A stretch of DNA of 62,705 bases, the filler included, from Globobulimina sp. (Eukaryota), in assembly GCA_003354225.1 (NCBI GenBank). It is 20 parts of 20 records of this genome, joined end to end, with 100 filler letters (N's around TTAATTAATTAA, not from the genome) between each part and the next. Parts side by side here need not be neighbours in the genome. Positions count along the whole stretch, not along the records: positions 37,700 to 40,738 come from PIVH01003921.1; positions 40,839 to 43,877 come from PIVH01003922.1; positions 43,978 to 47,015 come from PIVH01003923.1; positions 47,116 to 50,153 come from PIVH01003924.1; 16 more parts are not named here. One strand, written 5' to 3'. Below the pieces are notes generated by a model. That model was not told where the DNA came from. It ran no database searches and worked only from the letters and a program-made list of their open reading frames with translations. The number at the start of each line of letters is the position of its first letter. Position 1 is the stretch's first letter. The position numbers and the translations under genes were made by a program. Positions 39,240-50,253 of the stretch are shown in pieces.

Positions 39240-39288
39240 TTGTAAATATAAAGTAAGTAAAAAATCTAACAAAACATTGTGAGTAACC

Positions 39289-40407
39289 ATGGAGAAATTA
39301 TCAACTCGTACTAAACCATCTCGTCGCAATACAGCACCATTTATCAGTATTTCACCATACAACACCAGCAAAATCCATCGTATATTCCGGAAAATCGGCT
39401 TTTCGAATGCTACTAAAATAACTGATACGTTGCAAGGCAGTATCTGGCGTGTTCAGAAAATGGCATCGAAAGAAGGAGAAGGAGGAGCAACACAATTTGT
39501 AATTAAAATAACAAACAAATGTTTACATAAATACTCGTTAGGAATTGTCGGCTATTCAACCTATAGCGTGTCGGAAGACATTTTATTGGAACAGAGCATC
39601 TTAAAATATCTGACGCAGCAACATCAGTGTCCTAAATCCATCGTAAAATACCATCGATTTTGCAAAACGTATGCATCAAATTATCCATTTGTATGTAGTA
39701 CAAATATACAAAATATATATATATATCCACCCAGAAGCACCGATTATTTTTTGATAATGGAAGATGGCGGTTCGTGCTTATTTGATTTTGTGCGCGAAGC
39801 ACACGAATTAATTCGCGGAAAAAAGCTTGCCATGTCTGAGTGGCGCAAAGTGGTTAAGATTTTATATAAACAAATGGCAGAATGTATTTATTTTATGCAT
39901 TCCAGAAACGTGGTCCACTTTGATCTCAGTTTGGAAAACGTTTTAATTAACGATATTAAAATCGAAGTGGTTGAAAATGTAAAAACGAAGAAATGCAAAT
40001 TAAAATTTGTGACAAGGGATATACAGATAAAATTGTGTGATTTTGGCCTGGCGGAATTATTTACAAAAGAAGAGTGTCAAAGTAATAAAAATACCGGCAA
40101 GAAACAGTACAAATCACCGGAACTTTTGAGTAATAAAAAGCAGTTTGATGCAAAAGCAAATGATATTTGGTGTTTTGGCATTTGTTTATTTATGATTGCC
40201 ACGGGATGCCCGCCCTGGGATGTTGCGGATAAAAGTGATAAAACATTTAATTATGTGATGAAGTATTCTGTTGGGGATTTATTGACATATTGGAAGATTA
40301 TTGATGATATTGATGAGGGTTTAGTCGATTTATTAGATTCAATATTTCAATATCAACAAGAAAGAGTGTCTATATATGATATAAAACATCATTTTTATGG
40401 ATCTTAA
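39289..40407 (+). CDS. CAMK-like Ser/Thr kinase; join(39289..39668,39735..40407)
   Basis: FVIK, HFDLSLENVL, KLCDFGLAE, GKKQYKSPE and DIWCFGICLF. An AT-rich, stop-free 66-bp intron (GTATGC...CAG) lies inside the ORF. Confidence 0.85.
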   Translation: MEKLSTRTKPSRRNTAPFISISPYNTSKIHRIFRKIGFSNATKITDTLQGSIWRVQKMASKEGEGGATQFVIKITNKCLHKYSLGIVGYSTYSVSEDILLEQSILKYLTQQHQCPKSIVKYHRFCKTYASNYPFVCSTNIQNIYIYPPRSTDYFLIMEDGGSCLFDFVREAHELIRGKKLAMSEWRKVVKILYKQMAECIYFMHSRNVVHFDLSLENVLINDIKIEVVENVKTKKCKLKFVTRDIQIKLCDFGLAELFTKEECQSNKNTGKKQYKSPELLSNKKQFDAKANDIWCFGICLFMIATGCPPWDVADKSDKTFNYVMKYSVGDLLTYWKIIDDIDEGLVDLLDSIFQYQQERVSIYDIKHHFYGS

Positions 40408-40838
40408 TGAATGAATTAATTACTTACTTACTTACCATATTACTGTACGTTGTATAACTAATTATAACATTAAATATTGTTTATAGTATATTATTTTATA
40501 ATACTTTGTATTGTTTATTTCATTGGTATTATTTCTATTAATTGTGCTGTGTTATTATTTTTATATTGATTGTGTTATGATGTTTGTCAACATTTTATTA
40601 TTCCAATTCTGTTTAAATCAACATATTGTGAGTCGTGATCCTGCTCCACACTGACCACACAGTATATGAATATGATTTATCTCGTATTGATTCGGTTTTG
40701 TCTCTCCAACAAGTTTCTTTTTCTCGCGATTCGACCATNNNNNNNNNNNNNNNNNNNNNNNNNNNNNNNNNNNNNNNNNNNNTTAATTAATTAANNNNNN
40801 NNNNNNNNNNNNNNNNNNNNNNNNNNNNNNNNNNNNNN

Positions 40839-41882
40839 ATCCACTGCCTCATTCACTGCACATTTAATCACAAACTCATTCGATTTATGTTCCTCATTCG
40901 ACACAAACTGCCATTCCAATTTTACTTTATATCCACTGCCATCTTGCTTTAATTCTGTGACATCCTCCAATAATATTGACGGGATACTAAATATCTCACT
41001 CTTTACATTTTCATTCAACTCACCAAACGATTGCAAATGTTTCATATTCATCCTTTCTTGAAATGCCACCGCAATCAATGTCGTATTATTCGCCATATAT
41101 TCTTGCAATAATTCCATGTCTTGATACGCTTTAAACGTCCCATTATTAAATATCTTATCCGCAATATCTTTTATTTGTTCCTCCCGTCTACGAATACCAC
41201 TCTTTCTCAACAAATCATTCATTCCCATTTTGCTTTTTTTTAATTTATTATGATACGCCATAATATCTGCAATTTCCTTATTTATATTTTCTAATTTCTT
41301 TACTTTCCACGCAGCCAACTTTATTTATTTTGTATTTTTATTTTAAATATGTTGCGATTTTGCGTATAGTGGACATACCTTTTCATGTAATGCTTGTTTC
41401 CGATTTTGCAACGACTGTATAACTGCATCGATTTCCGTATCAATTTGTGTTTTTGTTTGGGAAATTTGGTCATCGATTTGATTGAAATGTGCTTCAAAAA
41501 CATGTTGTATATCAGTTGATTGTTTCAGCGCCAAATCTATTTTATCGATTTGTGTTTGTTCCTTTTCTGAAATGGTTACGATTGTTTGTTGTTGCTTCGG
41601 CTTAAATGCAATTTGTAGTTTGCGCACTGCCGTTTTAAATTTTATTTTATGCCCAAATGATAATTTTAATGCAGCACAGAGTTGCTGGGTGTCACTCTCA
41701 TCGAGAAATATTAATTCATCTATTTCTGAGACACCTACTTCTGTGCTTAATTTGCTATACAGGCCGGCAATTTGCCCTAATTCTTTAGCTACAAATTCTT
41801 TAAGAGTCGGTTTGTTGGAAGATGATGATCCTTCATTCTCACCAACTGTTTGATCCGCACCCGTACTGAGGTGGAACGCCAT
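40839..41882 (-). CDS. SAM-like domain plus coiled coil plus start of a possible FN3-like domain, 3' partial; join(41882..41379,41318..<40839)
   Basis: GVSEIDELIFLDESDTQQLCAALKLSFGHKIKFKTAVRKL is SAM-like. Phase-0 intron at 41319-41378. Confidence 0.7.
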
Positions 41883-42172
41883 TAACTATATTAAAAACGA
41901 CAAAGAGCAACTACAGGAGAGTGATTTGCCGAGAACTAGCTACGATTGGAATATGTCGTTGAACTCTATTAAAAACAACAAAACTTAAAAAATCTTTCAT
42001 CTCAAAAACTGAGAAACGTGCAAAAGTATCCCCATCCGTATCTAAACTCATTTCTTAAAGTTTTGAAGATACTTTGTTGCTATTTATAGTTTCTATTATT
42101 ATAGCGTTCGTATTACACAACAAAAAATCAATTCAAAATAATTATTTAGTTTAATATCTTCGAATTCAGAAA

Positions 42173-43054
42173 ATGTTGGACATAAATCACATGCTGCAAT
42201 CAAAATGGTCATTCTTTTCATTACCTCCTATGCCGAAAGATACAGAGCCAGCATGGCCAGATCCGTCAACATTTTATTCGGATTTGTTAGCAAACGGATT
42301 ATTTCAACAATTATGCATTGTAGGATTAATTATATTTTATTTATTAGATATTTTAGGATGTTACATCTATGATAAATATGTTCCCAAAGCTGAAAAAAAT
42401 AGACTCCAACGGGAGCAATTTGCTGGAACCTTTATCTCAATGTTTCATTCATTGATGATTGCAGTTTCAGCGACATTGGTGGTCTTTTTTTATTTACCAA
42501 TGGATGTATTAAAGGCGGATAGTAATGAAATAATAATATTACAATATAGATATTGTGCAACATTCAGTGGCTCGTATTTCTTATTGGATACTTTATTTAT
42601 AAGCTATTATTATAACTGGTCCACTGCTAAAAAAGTTGTATTTGTGCTCCATCATTTTTCATCGGGGATATGCGTCATAACTCCAATTGTTTGCCATCCC
42701 ATTATTAGCTATATCTCTGCATTGGCTTTTTTAGTGGAATGGAGTACGGTAATTCTAAATATCCGAATATTTGCACGAATTTGGTCTAGAAAATATTTAT
42801 ATTTTGTATCCGGATGGGCAGTAATTATCACATATCCATTGTTAAGAATCTTGTGGTATTCGTACATGATTCTTATTGCGTGCACATCCGAATACCTTTC
42901 CAATTATTCAGCAGCCGGCGCCTCATTTGTTTTAGGAGGCGCTGAAATATTTGTAATGTTGTTATCAGTATATTATTATTTTGCTGTTATGATGCGAAAT
43001 CCACAAAACATGTACATATTGAAACGACAAAGTGAACCTAAAAAAGATTGCTAA
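42173..43054 (+). CDS. TLC (TRAM/LAG1/CLN8) domain membrane protein
   Basis: ISMFHS, FSGSYFLLD, FVLHH, LVEWSTVILNIR and YPLLRI. Confidence 0.85.
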   Translation: MLDINHMLQSKWSFFSLPPMPKDTEPAWPDPSTFYSDLLANGLFQQLCIVGLIIFYLLDILGCYIYDKYVPKAEKNRLQREQFAGTFISMFHSLMIAVSATLVVFFYLPMDVLKADSNEIIILQYRYCATFSGSYFLLDTLFISYYYNWSTAKKVVFVLHHFSSGICVITPIVCHPIISYISALAFLVEWSTVILNIRIFARIWSRKYLYFVSGWAVIITYPLLRILWYSYMILIACTSEYLSNYSAAGASFVLGGAEIFVMLLSVYYYFAVMMRNPQNMYILKRQSEPKKDC

Positions 43055-43353
43055 TCTGTTGTTCTTGCACAAATATAAACTTTTCATATAATTATTACGT
43101 TTTCAATTTTTGCTGATGTTTGTACTTATTAACGATATTCCAAAAGATAACTCCCCCACCCCTTTGTATACCGAAAATTCAATTATAAATTTGTTCTGAC
43201 TTTGTTCTGGATTTGCAAACCCAATTAAGACAAAGTTATAACAAACCCAGAACAAACCCAAGACAAACCTATAGCAAACCGTTTCTGAAAAGCGTTTCTC
43301 AGAATATATCGTTTAGGCATTTTTGCTTTATCGTAAAAATCTATTTATACTAA

Positions 43354-43572
43354 TTTTCATAATCATTGTCGTTCATGTTTTAGGATCCTAAGACTTTTGG
43401 GATTTTGGAACTTTGCGATTCTTCTGTCCCGCTGCAGATAGAAACGTTTCTCAAGGTTTTGAGCAAGTTTTTCTGTCAATCCGCAACGCATTTGTTACCA
43501 TATAACGTTTTTGTCACCCCGCAAAGTTCTAAAAGTCCTGGAATTCCTGAAAACCGACAATAATTAGGAAAA
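43354..43572. repeat. Imperfect fold-back inverted repeat (MITE-like)
   Basis: The left arm 43354-43417 (TTTTCATAATCATTGTCG...GGAACTTTGCG) matches the reverse complement of 43520-43572 (CGCAAAGTTC...CGACAATAATTAGGAAAA), with indels. Confidence 0.5.
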
Positions 43573-44137
43573 GAAACTGAGGGACAATGATTTTGACAAT
43601 TGGTATTATCATTTAATTTACATTACTATTGTGCAGATATCATTTTTATCTCGCAATGAAATTGTTGGATACCAATGTGTGATTTCCTTGTTTTGCACTA
43701 ATTTCAGTTGGTAATTCATTGCATTTTTATTGTACTGATATGAGAAATGTAATAGTTGTGTCACTGCGTTGTACTGCATTCTTATGACACTATCTTGGTC
43801 ATATAGTTTGAATTTTGAATCATTTGTATGCGCCCATCCATTTTTATTCTCAATATTGCCCTTGAAAACATAGCCGGNNNNNNNNNNNNNNNNNNNNNNN
43901 NNNNNNNNNNNNNNNNNNNNNTTAATTAATTAANNNNNNNNNNNNNNNNNNNNNNNNNNNNNNNNNNNNNNNNNNNNAAATATAGAGATTTTCTAAAATA
44001 ACTAAATAATTCAATCCCTTTGTTACTTTTATCACAAGCATTGAAATCTATTTTGGGAAATTTCCCGCAAAGTAATCTAAAAAGAAAAAGAGTGAAATTA
44101 CATTTGGATCTGCGAATAATACGCTATAACTAACAAA

Positions 44138-45046
44138 ATGCCATCAAAAACAGATTCAAATGAAAAGAAAAAAGTGCCAACCTGGACTAAATTCGCAGTT
44201 TCAGGCATAGGCGGTGCCACCGGATGGTTAGTGATTCATCCCGCAGATGTATTGAAAGTACGTTGTCAAATCCGAGAACAAGAAGCAATATCAATGTTTT
44301 CAGTCGCAAAAAATATCTCAAAAACAGAAGGATTCGCCGCATTTTATAATGGTTTATCAGCCGCATTAACCCGCCAATTAACTTACACTACGCTGAGATT
44401 AGGATTATACGAAGTAATTCGCGAACGAGTAGTGGCCCGGAATGGTGATGGTCGTATCTCAATATGGCAGAAATTATTAACTGGATTGACATCGGGTGGT
44501 ATTGCAGCAGCGACGTGCTGTCCTGTCGAAGTAGCATTGGTTCGAATGCAGGCCGATGGCGCTCAAAAAGAGTTGGCATTAAAAAGGAACTATAAAAACG
44601 TTTTTGATGCAATATTTCGCGTAGCAAAGGAAGAGGGCGTCCAAACCTTATGGCGGGGAGTCATTCCCACTGTGACTCGTGGCATGGTTGTGTCGTGTGT
44701 GCAGTTAGGAAGTTATGATCAGGCAAAAGAATCACTGAAAGCATTTAATATTATTGAAAAGGACGGGGTTGCATTACATTTAACGGCGAGTTTAATCTCC
44801 GGATATTTATATTGTTTGGCAAGTTTACCATTGGATATTACAAAAACACGCATGCAAAATCAACAAACGAATAATATTAAATATACGTCGGTACCACAGA
44901 CATTATGGTATATCGTCAGAAATGAAGGATTTCTTAGTTTATGGAAAGGATTTTTACCGTATTTCTGTAGAAGTGGTGGACACACTGTTACTATGTTTTT
45001 ATGTGTTGAACAATATAGAAATTTTGTAAAAAAAATATATGAATAA
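44138..45046 (+). CDS. Mitochondrial 2-oxoglutarate/malate (dicarboxylate) carrier, SLC25A11/DTC-like
   Basis: Three carrier signatures (PADVLKVR, PVEVALVRMQADG, PLDITKTRMQN), GLSAALTRQLTYTTLRLGLY and QLGSYDQAKE. Confidence 0.93.
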   Translation: MPSKTDSNEKKKVPTWTKFAVSGIGGATGWLVIHPADVLKVRCQIREQEAISMFSVAKNISKTEGFAAFYNGLSAALTRQLTYTTLRLGLYEVIRERVVARNGDGRISIWQKLLTGLTSGGIAAATCCPVEVALVRMQADGAQKELALKRNYKNVFDAIFRVAKEEGVQTLWRGVIPTVTRGMVVSCVQLGSYDQAKESLKAFNIIEKDGVALHLTASLISGYLYCLASLPLDITKTRMQNQQTNNIKYTSVPQTLWYIVRNEGFLSLWKGFLPYFCRSGGHTVTMFLCVEQYRNFVKKIYE

Positions 45047-45228
45047 AGAAGAAGTACAGTATGGTAATTGAGAAAATGTGCATGTGAATTATTATTTATT
45101 ATTTGTAAATTGTAATTATTTACTATTCTCAAGTTCGCAATAACGAGTTAACGACTGTAAATATTATGAATCCATAATAAATACTAGTCTTTTCACACTG
45201 TCATAAAATAAAATCTTCTCTGTATATC

Positions 45229-45878
45229 ATGGAAACTATGCCAAGCATTAGTTGGGGTGTAACTATATTGTTAACCTCACTCATTGGAGGGATTGTGATC
45301 CTGAACCTACTGTGTAAAGCAACAAAAGCAAAACAAATAGTGCCAAGAGAGCTAGAGGCAGAAGAAAAGATTAATGAATACAAAGATTTATTAAGATCAA
45401 CATGGAATATATTATTGGAAAAAAAAGATGAAATTGGTATATCAATTTATGAGTCTATTGTTTTTGGAACAAAATCACGAACATTTGGAACCGCATCAAC
45501 AACCATGAAATTTGAAAATACCAATTTAAAACTACAACAAGTCCGTTTTATGGATATGTTTGCTACGGTTATCTCGTTAAGTTATTTAATAATGTGATTA
45601 ATATCTGAATGAGTGTCAATTCATTTTATCCGCTATGCAGTCAATTGGACGAACCTAAAATATTAATGAAAACATTACATGAAATATCCAAAACTCATTC
45701 AAACGAATATCACGTACAAACGCGAAATTATATTGATTTTAGGAGAGGATTTATGAAAGCAATAAAACGCGAATTACAATCACAATCAATATGGACTGTG
45801 AAACATGAGATTGCATGGCAATGGTTCTGGCAGTTTATTATTTCTGTAATGTGTCCAAATGCATTCGTGTCTGATTAA
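45229..45878 (+). CDS. Globin with N-terminal transmembrane anchor; join(45229..45575,45641..45878)
   Basis: TM segment WGVTILLTSLIGGIVILNLL, A-helix LLRSTW, B-helix IGISIY, E-helix LKLQQVRFMDMF, proximal His in LHEISKTH and H-helix WTVKHEIAW. Intron 45576-45640 (GTTAAG...CAG) joins the two ORFs in frame. Confidence 0.8.
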
Positions 45879-46143
45879 TCAACTTTAATCTTTACCTATT
45901 TTATATTAATTAATTAGTCTCATTTTTTTACTGTGTAAATAGATAAAAAATAAAAAATGAACCACTTGGCGATCATCATGATCTCGTGATTCTCGTCACC
46001 AATCTCCAACAAAATGATTTGCGAATTTGAAAAACAAAGTAACAAAAAAACGCAGTTTTATTAATAGGCTAATAACTGACCTTTCCACATTATCTATTAA
46101 CAACCGCGCATTCTAAAGCAAGAAGCATCCACAAGATACAATA

Positions 46144-46689
46144 ATGTCTCCAACTCGTTTTACAGCACAGTTAGCTTTGTTTTGGGTAATATTAGGTCAC
46201 ATTGCAGTAAATGTAAATGAAGCATTTGAATCTTATGAAGAAGCATCCATTTTTGCAGATAAAACAGTTCAAACTATTGTTAATTGGTGGACTATCGAAG
46301 ATTGTGCAGTTGCAGAAACATCGTATTATAAAATGCATGCTCAAACTGATCGTTATGTCTTTTGTGTAGATGAATGTAGTTATGGTAAACCCGAAGATGT
46401 ATTACAAGCATGGGCGGGAGGATTGAGTTTATATTCCAAAGCCGATTTTGTTGCTGAAGCTATTGTCACTGGTTTCGGACGAAGTTATGTTCAACATCGA
46501 GTTCGATGGAGATACAGATCGACAGCGAATGATCCATTCAAAGAATTAATTGGCGATTTTTTATCGTATGTTGATGATTATGGGTTCATTACACAGCAAC
46601 ATCACATTTATGATCCAGCTGATTTTTCTGAATTTTTAGCCGCTATGCAAAAACAAATTGCAATCAAAGAACAAAAAAATGATTTATAA
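46144..46689 (+). CDS. Secreted hypothetical protein, possibly NTF2/SnoaL-like
   Basis: Signal-peptide-like start, and a C-terminal strand pattern VRWRY...DFLSYVDDYGFITQQHHIYD. The fold is inferred. Confidence 0.6.
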   Translation: MSPTRFTAQLALFWVILGHIAVNVNEAFESYEEASIFADKTVQTIVNWWTIEDCAVAETSYYKMHAQTDRYVFCVDECSYGKPEDVLQAWAGGLSLYSKADFVAEAIVTGFGRSYVQHRVRWRYRSTANDPFKELIGDFLSYVDDYGFITQQHHIYDPADFSEFLAAMQKQIAIKEQKNDL

Positions 46690-47183
46690 ACTATTTATTA
46701 ATATGTATGTATGTATGTGTGTGTGACTGTGTGTGTGTACTAGTGTTGGTGTTGGATGATTGCGTTATTGTGATCAAATATTTATATATCACACAGATTT
46801 ATAATTATGAAAGCACGGATCTTATGTATTATGGTCGTCTCATAAATCAGATAAATTAAAATCTAAATTTTTCTACAAAAACTTTCCATAAAAAGGAAGA
46901 GTTAGATTTTTTGTGTATAAATATTTCATCCACAAACTTTAGGGTCTTTGGGTACAGCAATACTGGCTAAATCTAACATATCTTCTTCAATAATTTCAAA
47001 ATCAAATATGTCAACNNNNNNNNNNNNNNNNNNNNNNNNNNNNNNNNNNNNNNNNNNNNTTAATTAATTAANNNNNNNNNNNNNNNNNNNNNNNNNNNNN
47101 NNNNNNNNNNNNNNNTTGGTTTAGTTTCTAACATTTCCTTCAAATTTGAAATATATATATATATATGAACAAAATAAGACAAA

Positions 47184-48278
47184 GTGACATCGGTTAAACT
47201 TCCTGGTTCTGTAGGGTATGTTTATAGTAATTTAGTTTCATACACTGATATTTTAAACAATATTTCATATTATGCGATAATCAACGGATTTGAAGTATGG
47301 ATCATTAAACATTTTGAACCAGAAAAATTGAGAAAAAGCGAATGTAAACATATAAAAGAACCAAACGTTGAATTACGGAAAGTACCATTTGATAAATCAG
47401 AGAGTATCACTGCCGTTAAATGGTGTAAATTTAACAACAATTCAATGACAGCGTTTGTAGTTTGTACTGATTTCGGAAAAATTCACATTTATGATTTGGA
47501 AGGGAAAAAAAGTTTGCATTCACATGACATAAATAATACAAATACCAACAACAATAATATGACCGTTAATTGTATTGAAAGTAATAATGGTAATTTATTA
47601 TTTATTGGTCTATCATGCGGTGCATTATTGTCATTTAATTTGAATGATAGCGGATTATCAAACAAAAAATTAATATTTCAATGTACAGATAACGAAGGAA
47701 TTAATTGCATATCAAAACCAGTAATAACAAAGAATAGAGATAATAATAATAAGATATATATTGGATGCGATGATGGATCAGTCATTCAGTATGATTTTTA
47801 TTCTTCAGATATTGATATATTAATCGATAAATCAAATGCAAATAAAATAATGAGTGATGACAACAATGATAATAATAATAATTACAATAATTGCGGTTCA
47901 TGTATTTGTATCTCATCATGTGATGATTTTGTTGTTGCGGGATATTCATCGGGTTTTATTAAAATTGTTCAAAAGTCGGAATTATCATTTGTTATTAAAC
48001 AGATTGCTATGCACAGACGAATGGTTACTTCTGTTGATATTTTACAAGAATGTTTAATTGCTACTGTTTCTGAAGATGGTTACTTTCATATTCTTAGAAA
48101 TACGACATCATCATTAGATGTAATTAGATCTGGATTCTTTCAAAATTCTATGTTGATTGGTTGTAAATTTATTAAAACAAATATTAATATTAATCATTAT
48201 CCATTATATCATCAAAAATCTAAAGATAAAATTCTTTTAATTGCTGCGTATGACAGAAATAGACTTGCTTTTGTTTAA
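47184..48278 (+). CDS. WD40-repeat protein, WDR54-like, probably 5' partial
   Basis: LPGSVGYVYSNL, ITAVKWC, VAGYSSGFIKI, MHRRMVTSVDI..ATVSEDG, MLIGCKF and AAYD recall WDR54 from memory. No in-frame ATG at the start. Confidence 0.7.
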   Translation: MTSVKLPGSVGYVYSNLVSYTDILNNISYYAIINGFEVWIIKHFEPEKLRKSECKHIKEPNVELRKVPFDKSESITAVKWCKFNNNSMTAFVVCTDFGKIHIYDLEGKKSLHSHDINNTNTNNNNMTVNCIESNNGNLLFIGLSCGALLSFNLNDSGLSNKKLIFQCTDNEGINCISKPVITKNRDNNNKIYIGCDDGSVIQYDFYSSDIDILIDKSNANKIMSDDNNDNNNNYNNCGSCICISSCDDFVVAGYSSGFIKIVQKSELSFVIKQIAMHRRMVTSVDILQECLIATVSEDGYFHILRNTTSSLDVIRSGFFQNSMLIGCKFIKTNININHYPLYHQKSKDKILLIAAYDRNRLAFV

Positions 48279-48574
48279 TGTTACAATATAGTGGGTGCAA
48301 TGAGTGCTTTTTTTTGTTATATTTAATTAAATGCTGTAGACGTCGTCTTGATCATTGCTAATAAATGAAACTATTCGTAATGTTTATACAAATGACCAAC
48401 TTGATGCTTCTGCACAGTTAATAATACACGATGTATAATCATTTGTGAACAGTTTCTGCAGCACAGTCTACGCATTCTAGTTAGATGCAATATATTTTTT
48501 ATTTCAGATTTTATTCGATGAAAATAAATATGGTCAAAAAGAAATCATGCAATTAATTAAATAAATAACAGTCA

Positions 48575-48970
48575 TCAAAGTGTGAGTATGTTAACTATGT
48601 CTGCTATGTGGATAACGCCCAATTGGGTTAACACAAATAGAATGAGCAAAACTAAAATAATTCCAATTATCAATCCACAAAACCGCCTTTTTGTTTTGCA
48701 AAAACAACAACAGCAATCTCTTGATGATATTAAACATATTTTGCAACATTCTGCATTAATACATCCTTTTTCTTTTTCGGCCTGTCTTGTAAAATAATCA
48801 CCAACGAGTCCTGTCTCCTCACTTTCTTTCCTCACTTCTGTTTCCGTACAGAGAAAATCATCAATTCTATTTTTCCTTTGTTGTCTTTCCTGTAATTCCA
48901 GGTCAGACCTCGCTTTCTTTCGCGACGGGCTCCATGGACTACTATTTGATGAAGAAAAGTACGCTGCCAT
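48575..48970 (-). CDS. Small tail-anchored protein with a Cys-rich juxtamembrane segment
   Basis: Starts MAAYFSS, has CCKIC...CCCCFC, then one C-terminal TM helix. Confidence 0.6.
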   Translation of the reverse strand: MAAYFSSSNSSPWSPSRKKARSDLELQERQQRKNRIDDFLCTETEVRKESEETGLVGDYFTRQAEKEKGCINAECCKICLISSRDCCCCFCKTKRRFCGLIIGIILVLLILFVLTQLGVIHIADIVNILTL

Positions 48971-49098
48971 TGATGTAACAAACAAAGGGCACAAATAATC
49001 TGCTCTCACGACAACTTTGGCGTACAACATTACTGAACTTATATTAATCAATAATGTAAATGTAGAAACATTACGCAAAAATGAGAAATTGGCCAACA

Positions 49099-50153
49099 TT
49101 ACATAATTATTTTGCCGATAGTGCTAGTTTTTGTTACTTTTTCCAATTCGGACTGTATATCATCATCGATTTCATCATTATTTTTTTGAGTCATTTCTAA
49201 ATCCACATTTCCCTCTCTATCACCATCCACATTCCCTTCTCCATCCACAGTATCCTTTGTGGCGGGTAATATTGTGTTGTTATTCGTGTTTGCTTTTAAT
49301 TTAACATATCGAGTGTTGTTATTATATGTATTTTTTATTAATTGCTTGTTACGATCTTGCAAATCATTTTGAATATCATCAAATATCTGATGAATATATT
49401 GATTCTTATTGTTTTGCAAATCATCAATCGTTTTATTCACAAATTCATATAACATATAACTGCCAATCTCCGTATTTATTTTTGATTGGAAACCTCTGTT
49501 TGCTGCGTTAATTTCAACCAAACGATTATCCGGATTTTTTGTGTTATAATCCCAAATTACCATTGACTCTGTTTTTTTGATATCATCCACTGTAAAACTT
49601 TTGCATTTCTCTTCAACATCTTCTGTTTTTGATGGCTGTTCTGTACGTTTTCTAATTCGTTTTCCATGCTCATTATCACCATCACAGCAATCAAACAAAA
49701 ATATTCTTGGAATCTCGCGCGACAATGGGTGGTTTTGTGAAAATATACGATGCACAGAAGTTTTGTCAATCATTTTATAATCAGATGTGCAAATATTATC
49801 ATTCCAGCCATGACCAGATATTGCTACAATAAGACCATCAAAAATATGCAAATTACGCTCCAACAAACCTGCTTTTTCTGTTAACAAACTTATAATTTGC
49901 TCCTGCGTCCAATATATATTAATATTACTGCTGCTGTTATAATTTGGATAAACTGTATAGTTGAGATTATTACAACTAAATAATCGGCACAGATTTTTAA
50001 TATCCAAATCGACTGCATCCAAATCGCATAAATACACATGTTTTAATTCTTGATCTGCGTCATTTGGCTCTTGGTCATATATACCAACAGCTAATAATAT
50101 TACCATTGCATTTTTCATTATATAGTCATTGTTTTGTGCTTGTTCTGCTTTAT
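49099..50153 (-). CDS. Caspase-like peptidase (C14), 5' partial
   Basis: Catalytic His motif VAISGHG, Cys motif PRIFLFDCCDG, and a p10-like region with GFQS...GSYML. The frame is open to the contig end. Confidence 0.85.
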
Positions 50154-50253
50154 NNNNNNNNNNNNNNNNNNNNNNNNNNNNNNNNNNNNNNNNNNNNTTA
50201 ATTAATTAANNNNNNNNNNNNNNNNNNNNNNNNNNNNNNNNNNNNNNNNNNNN

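Noticed and set aside
49095-49101. TAATG stop/start overlap between the caspase-like ORF and ORF 48575..49099, like bacterial translational coupling
   Set aside because: The context is eukaryotic and the first 43 codons look like UTR. The likely start is MAAYF at 48970.
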